From the NCBI RefSeq assembly GCF_009914755.1, contig NC_060925.1: a stretch of 64,000 nt of DNA; one strand, 5' to 3'. The notes below the pieces were generated by a model that saw nothing but the letters and a program-made list of their open reading frames with translations, was not told the origin of the DNA and did not search any database. A program made the position numbers and the translations under genes. The stretch comes from the human T2T-CHM13v2.0 reference genome, Homo sapiens. Below, piece by piece: positions 56,601 through 64,000 of the stretch. The first letter of the stretch is position 1. Every line of letters starts with the position of its first letter.

Positions 56601-59600
56601 CATCATCGAATGGACCCGAATGGAATCATCATCCAACGGAAGCTAATGGAATCAACATCGAATGAATCGAATGGAAACACCATCGAATTGAAACGAATGG
56701 AATTATCATGAAATTGAAATGGATGGACTCATCATCGAATGGATTCGAATGTAATCATCGAATGAAATTGATTGAAATCATCATCAAATTGAATCGAATG
56801 GTATCATTGAATGGAATCGAATGGAATCATCATCAGATGGAAAAGAATGGAATCGTCATAGAATGGAATCGAATGGATTCATTGAATGGAATCAGATGGA
56901 ATCATCGAATGGACTGGAATGGAATCATTGAATGGACTCGAGAGGGATCATTATTGAATGGAATTGAATGGAATCATGGAATGGTCTCGATTGGAATCAT
57001 TATCAAATGGAATCGAATGGAATCACGGAATAGAATCGAATGGAACAATCATCGAATGGACTCCAATGGAATTATCCTCAAATGGAATCGAATGGAATTA
57101 TCGAATGCAATCGAATGGAATTATCGAATGCAATCGAATAGAATCATCGAATGGACTCGAATGGAATCATCGAATGGAATGGAATGGAACAGTCAATGAA
57201 CTCGAATGGAATCATCATTGAATGGAATCGAATGGAATCATCGAGTGGAATCGAATGGAATTATGATCAAATGGAATCGAATGTAATCATCATCAAATGG
57301 AATCAAAAATAACCATCATCAATTGGTATTGAATGGAATTGTCATCAAATGGAATTCAAAGGAATCATCATCAAATGGAACCGAATGGAATCCTCATTGA
57401 ATGGAAATGAAAGGGGTCATCATCTAATGGAATCACATGGAATCATCATCAAATGGAATCGAATGGAATCATCATCAAATGGAATCAAATGGAATCATTG
57501 AACGGAATTGAATGGAATCTTCATCGAATGAATTGAATGCAATCATCGAATGGTCTCGAATTGAATCATCTTCAAATGGAATGGAATGGAATCATCGCAT
57601 AGAATCGAATGGAATTATCATCGAATGGAATCGAATGGTATCGACATCAAACGGAATCAAGCGGAATTATCGAATGTAATCGAAGAGAATCATCGAACGG
57701 ACCCGAATGGAATCATCCAATGGAATGTAATGGAATAATCCATGCACTCGAATGCAATCATCATCGAATGGAATCGAATGGAATCATTGAATGGACTCGA
57801 ATGGAGTAATCATTGAACGGAATCGAATGGAATCATCATCGGATGGAAACGAATGGAATCATCATCGAATGGAAATGAAAGGAGTCATCATCTAATGGAA
57901 TTGCATGGAATCATCATAAAATGGAATCGAATGGAATCAACATCAAATGGAATCAAATGGAATCATTGAACGGAATTGAATGAAATCATCATCGAATGAA
58001 TTGAATGCAATCATCGAATGGTCTCGAATGGAATCATCTTCAAATGGAACGGAATGGAATCATCGCATAGAATCGAATGGAATTATCATCGAATGGAATC
58101 GAATGGTATCAACATCAAACGGAAAAAAACGGAATTATCGAATGGAATCGAAGAGAATCATCGAATGGACTCGAATGGAATCATCTAATGGAATGGAATG
58201 GAATAATCCACGGACTCGAATGCAACCACCATCGTATAGAATCGAATGGAAACATCGAATGGAATCATCAAATGGACTCGAATGGAATAATCATTGAACG
58301 GAATCGAATGGAATCATCATCGGATGGAAACGAATGGAATCATCATCGAATGGAAATGAAAGGAGTCATCTAATGGAATTACATGGAATCATCATCAAAT
58401 GGAATCGAATGGAATCAACATCAAATGGAATCAAATGGAATCATTGAACGGAATTGAATGGAATCGTCATCGAATGAATTGAATGCAATCATCGAATGGT
58501 CTCGAATGGAATCATCTTCAAATGGAATGGAATGGAATCATCGCATAGAATCGAATGGAATTATCATCGAATGGAATCGAATGGAATCAACATCAAACGG
58601 AAAAAAACGGAATTATCGAATGGAATCGAAGAGAATCATCGAAAGGACCCGAATGGAATCATCTAATGGAATGGAATGGAATAATCCATGGACTCGAATG
58701 CAATCATCATCGAATGGAATCGAATGGAATCATCGAATGGACTCGAATGGAATAATCATGGAACGGAATCGAATGGAATCATCATCGGATGGAAATGTAT
58801 GGAATGATCATCGAATGGAATCGAATAGAATTATGGAATGAAATCCAGTGTGATCATCATCGAATGGACCCGAATGGAATCATCATCCAATGGAAACTAA
58901 TGGAATCAGCATGGAATGAATCGAATGGAAACACCATCGAATTGAAACGAATGGAATTATCATGAAAGTGAAATGGATGGACTCATCATCGAATGGATTC
59001 GAATGGAATCATCGAATAAATTTGATTCAAATCATCATCAAATGGAATCGAATGGTATCATTGAATGGAATCGAATGGAATCATCATCAGATGGAAATGA
59101 ATGGAATCGTCATAGAATGGAATCGAATGGATTCATTGAATGGAATCAGATGGAATCATCGAATGGACTGGAAAGGAATCACTGAATGGACTCGAAAGGG
59201 ATCATCATTGAATGAAATTCAATGGAATCATCGAATGGTCTCGATTGGAATCATTATCAAATGGAATCGAATCGAATCACCGAATAGAATCGAATGGAAC
59301 AATCATCGAATGGACTCAAATGGAATTATCCTCAAATGGAGTCGAATGGAATTATCGAATGCAATCGAATGGAATTATCGAATGCAATTGAATAGAATCA
59401 TCGAATGGATTCGAATGGAATCATCGAATGGAATGGAATGGAACAGTCAATGAACTCCAATGGAATCATCATTGAATGGAATCGAATGGAATCATCGAGT
59501 GGAATCGAATGGAATTATGATCAAATGGAATTGAATGTAATCATCATCAAATGGAATCAAAAATAACCATCATCTATGGGTATTGAATGGAATTGTCATC

Positions 59601-62600
59601 AAATGGAATTCAAAGGAATCATCATCAAATGGAACCGAATGGAATCCTCATTGAATGGAAATGAAAGGGGTCATCATCTAATGGAATTGCATGGAATCAT
59701 CATCAAATGGAATCGAATGGAATCATCATCAAATGGAATCTAATGGAATCACTGAACAGAATTGAATGGAATCGTCATCGAATGAATTGAATGCAATCAT
59801 CGAATTGTCTCGAATGGAATCATCTTCTAATGGAAAGGAAAGGAATCATCGCATAGAATCTAATGGAATTAACATTGAATTGACTCGAATGGAATCAACA
59901 TCCAACGGAATCAAGCGGAATTATCGAATGGAATCTAAGAGAATCATCGAATGGACTCGAATGGAATCATCTAATGGAATGGAATGGAATAATCCATGGA
60001 CTCGAATGCAATCATCATCGAATGGAATCGAATGGAATCATCGAATGGACTCGAATGGAATAATCATTGAACGGAATCGAATGGAATCCTCATCGGATGG
60101 AAACGAATGGAATCATCATCGAATGGAAATGAAAGGTGTCATCATCTAATGGAATTGCATGGAATCATCATAAAATGGAATCGAATGGAATCGACATCAA
60201 ATGGAATCAAATGGAATCATTGAAAGAAATTGAATGGAATCGTCGTCGAATGAATTGAACGCAATCATCGAATGGTCTCGAATGGAATCATCTTCAAATG
60301 GAATGGAATGGAATCATCGCATAGAATCGAATGGAATTATCATCGAATGGAATCGAAAGGTATCAACAACAAACGGAAAAAAACGGAATTATCGAATGGA
60401 ATCGAAGAGAATCATCGAACGGACCCGAATGGAATCATCTAATGGAATGGAATGGAATTATCCATGGACTCGAATGCAATCATCATCGAATGGAATCGAA
60501 TCGAATCATCGAATGGACTCGAATGGAATAATCATTGAACGGAATCGCATGGAGTCATCATCGGATGGAACTGAATGGAATCATCATCGAATGGAAATGA
60601 AAGGAGTCATCTAATGGAATTGCACGGTATCAACATAAAATGGAATCGAATGGAATCAACATCAAATGGAATGAAATGGAATCATTGAACGGAATTGAAT
60701 GGAATCTTCATCGAATGAATTGAATGCAATCATCGAATGGTCTCGAATGGAATCATATTCAAATGGAATGGAATGGAATCATCGCATAGAATCGAATGGA
60801 ATTATCATCGAATGGAATCGAATGGAATCAACATCAAACGGAAAAAAACGGAATTATCGAATGGAATCGAAGAGAATCATAGAATGGTCCCGAATGGAAT
60901 CGTCTAATGGAATGGAATGGAATAATCCATGGACTCGAATGCAATCATCATCGAATGGAATCGAATGGAATCATCGAATGGACTCGAATGGAATAATCAT
61001 TGAACGGAATCGAATGGAATCATCATCGGATGGAAATGAATGGAATCATTATCGAATGGAATCGAATAGAATTATGGAATGAAATCCAGTGTCATCATCT
61101 TCGAATGGACCCGAATGGAATCATCATCCAACGGAAGCTAATGGAATCAACATCGAATGAATCGAATGGAAACACCATCGAATTGAAACGAGTGGAATTA
61201 TCATGAAATTGAAATGGATGGACTCATCATCGAATGGATTCGAATGGAATCATCGAATAAAATTGATTGAAATCATCATCAAATGGAATCGAATGGTAGC
61301 ATTGAATGGAATCGAATGGAATCATCATCAGATGGAAATGAATGGAATCGTCATAGAATGGAATCGAATGGATTCATTGAATGGAATCAGATGGAATCTT
61401 CGAATGGACTGGAATGGAATCATTGAATGGACTCGAAAGGGATCATCATTGAATGGAATTGAATGGAATCATCGAATGGTCTCGATTGGAATCATTATCA
61501 AATGGAATCGAATGGAATCACCGAATAGAATCGAATGGAACCATCATCGAATGGAGTCAAATGAAATTATCCTCAAGTGGAATGGAATGGAATTATCGAA
61601 TGCAATCGAATGGAATTATCGAATGCAATCGAATTGAATCATCGAATGGACTCGAATGGAATCATCGAATGGAATGGAATGAAACAGTCAATGAACTCGA
61701 ATGGAATCATCATTGAATGGAATCGAATGGAATCATCGAGTGGAATCGAATGAAATTATGATCAAATGGAATCGAATGTAATCATCATCAAATGGAATCA
61801 AAAATAACCATCATCAATTGATATTCAATGGAATTGTCATCAAATGGAATTCAAAGGTATCATCATCAAATGGAACCGAATGGAATCCTCATTGAATGGA
61901 AATGAAAGGGGTCATCATCTAATGGAATCGCATGGAATCATCATCAAATGGAATCGAATGGAATCATCATCAAATGGAATCTAATGGAATCATTGAACAG
62001 AATTGAATGGAATCGTCATCGAATGAATTGAATGCAATCATCGAATGGTCTCGAATGGAATCATCTTCTAATGGAAAGGAATGGAATCATCGCATAGAAT
62101 CGAATGGAATTAACATTGAATGGACTCGAATGGAATCAACATCAAACGGAATCAAGCGGAATTATCGAATGGAATCGAAGAGAATCATCGAATGGACTCG
62201 AATGGAATCATCTAATGGAATGGAATGGAATAATCCACGGACTCGAATGCAATCATCATCGTATAGAATCGAATGGAATCATCGAATGGACTCGAATGGA
62301 ATAATCATTGAACGGAATCGAATGGAATCATCATCGGATGGAAACGAATGGAATCATCATCGAATGGAAATGAAAGGAGTCATCATCTAATGGAATTGCA
62401 TGGAATCATCATAAAATGGAATCGAATGGAATCAACATCAAATGGAATCAAATGGAATCATTGAATGGAATTGAATGGAATCGTCATCGAATGAATTGAA
62501 TGCAATCATCGAATGGTCTCGAATGGAATCATCTTCAAATGGAATGGAATGGAATCATCGCATAGAATCGAATGGAATTATCATCGAATGGAATCGAATG

Positions 62601-64000
62601 GAATCAACATCAAACGGAAAAAAACGGAATTATCGAATGGAATCGAAGAGAATCATCGAACGGACCCATATGGAATCATCTAATGGAATGGAATGGAATA
62701 ATCCATGGACTCGAATGCAATCATCATCGAATGGAATCGAATGGAATCATCGAATGGACTCGAATGGAATAATCATTGAACGGAATCGAATGGAGTCATC
62801 ATCGGATGGAAACGAATGGAATCATCATCGAATGGAAATGAATGGATTCATCATCTAATGGAATTGCATGGAATCATCATAAAATGGAATCGAATGGAAT
62901 CAACATCAAATGGAATCAAATGGAATCATTGAACGGAATTGAATGGAATCGTCAACGAATGAATTGAATGCAATCATCGAATGGTCTCGAATGGAATCAT
63001 CTTCAAATGGAATGGAATGGAATCATCGCATAGAATCGAACGGAATTATCATCGAATGGAATCGAATGGAATCAACATCAAACGGAAAAATCGGAATTAT
63101 CGTATGGAATCGAAGAGAATCATCGAATGGACCCGAATGGAATCATCTAATGGAGTGGAATGGAATAATCCATGGACTCGAATCCAATCATCATCGAATG
63201 GAATCGAATTGAATCATCGAATGGACTCGAATGGAATAATCATCGAACGGAATCGAATGGAGTCATCATCGGATGGAAATGAATGGAATCATCATCGAAT
63301 GGAATCGAATAGAATTATGGAATGAAATCCAGTGTGATCATCATCGAATGGACCCTAATGGAATCATCATCCAATGGAAGCTAATGGAATCAACATCGAA
63401 TGAATCGAATGGAAACACCATCGAATTGAAACGAATGGAATTATCATGAAATTGAAATGGATGGACTCATCATCGAATGGATTCGAATGGAATCATCGAA
63501 TAAAATTGATTGAAATCATCAACAAATGGAATCGAATGGTATCATTGAATGGAATCGAATGGAATCATCATCAGATGGAAATGAATGGAATCGTCATAGA
63601 ATGGAATCGAATGGATTCATTGAATGGAATCAGATGGAATCATCGAATGGACTGGAATGGAATCATTGAATGGACTCGAAAGGATTAATTATTGAATGGA
63701 ATTGAATGGAATCATCGAATGGTCTCGATTGGAATCATTATCAAATGGAATCGAATGGAATCACAGAATAGAATCGAATGGAACAATCATCGAATGGACT
63801 CAAATGGAATTATCCTCAAATGGAATCGAATGGAAATATCGAATGCAATCGAATGGAATTATCGAATGCAATCGAATAGAATCATCGAATGGACTCGAAT
63901 GGAATCATCGAATGGAATGGAATGGAACAGTCAATGAACTCGAATGGAATCATCATTGAATGGAATCGAATGGAATCATCGAGTGGAATCGAATGGAATT
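41616..64000 (+). repeat. 30.7-kb macro-repeat, copy 2 (runs off the window end; carries a 1-bp and a 546-bp deletion)
   Basis: The offset to copy 1 is 30715 up to ~53368, then 30714 (22785/53499, 22988/53702), then 30168 after ~54170 (24260/54428 through 33528/63696). Confidence 0.92.

Larger units (their letters stand above)
1..64000 (+). repeat. Human satellite 2 (HSat2/HSATII) array, purine-rich GAATG strand on +; probably the 1.77-kb chr1q12 (D1Z1/HSat2A2-type) array
   Basis: All sequence is degenerate GAATG pentamers interleaved with ATC/ATCATC, giving 23- and 26-bp monomers such as ATCATCGAATGGAATCGAATGGA. TCGA is very frequent, typical of HSat2 rather than HSat3. Once-per-unit landmarks (caaaaataacc, ggaattc) recur at exactly 1776 bp in unrearranged units, e.g. 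10157->11933, 17326->19102 and 23584->25360->27136. The match to the 1.77-kb EcoRI repeat of chr1 comes from established knowledge, not a search. Confidence 0.95.

Noticed and set aside
289-63959. About 200 short + strand ORFs (MESSSNELNAII..., MKLKWMDSSS..., MELSSNGIEW...)
   Set aside because: They are translations of GAATG repeats (MEWN/NGIE/RMES patterns) that overlap in several frames and are freely broken by stops and frameshifts between copies. They show no domains or gene structure. The absence of - strand ORFs is explained by frequent TGA in (ATG)n from the ATCATC motif.
1-64000. CRISPR-like array or a novel prokaryotic repeat system
   Set aside because: There are no unique spacers, leader or cas genes. 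The sequence between repeats is itself satellite.
1-64000. HSat3 or alpha satellite assignment
   Set aside because: Pure GGAAT runs are only about three copies long and the ATCATCGA monomers are HSat2-like. There is no 171-bp period and I saw no CENP-B box.
1-64000. Embedded Alu/L1 insertion, inversion or non-satellite island
   Set aside because: None was seen on read-through, and every unit length is accounted for by satellite-internal indels.

Overview
The entire 64 kb window is one uninterrupted, single-orientation classical satellite array. It consists of degenerate (GAATG)n/(CATTC)n repeats with the CpG-rich motif ATCATCGAATGGAATCGAATGG, which is human satellite 2 (HSat2/HSATII). The basic unit is 1776 bp with one conserved EcoRI site (ggaattc), matching the 1.77-kb chromosome 1q12 repeat (D1Z1/pUC1.77-type); the chromosome assignment is an inference. 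I found no genes, RNA genes, transposons or unique sequence, and the listed ORFs are artefacts of the repeat. I found no new protein-coding system. The interesting content is nested architecture: 5-bp motif, 23/26-bp monomers, a 468-bp subunit, and 1776/2244-bp units. These build a 3630-bp local higher-order repeat in a homogeneous left domain (1 to ~10.9 kb) and a 30,715-bp, 15-unit tandem macro-repeat in a more divergent right domain, whose copies differ by about 0.1% by eye. The window also shows older nested duplications, several microhomology-bounded deletions and signs of short gene conversion. All coordinates and counts were read by eye.
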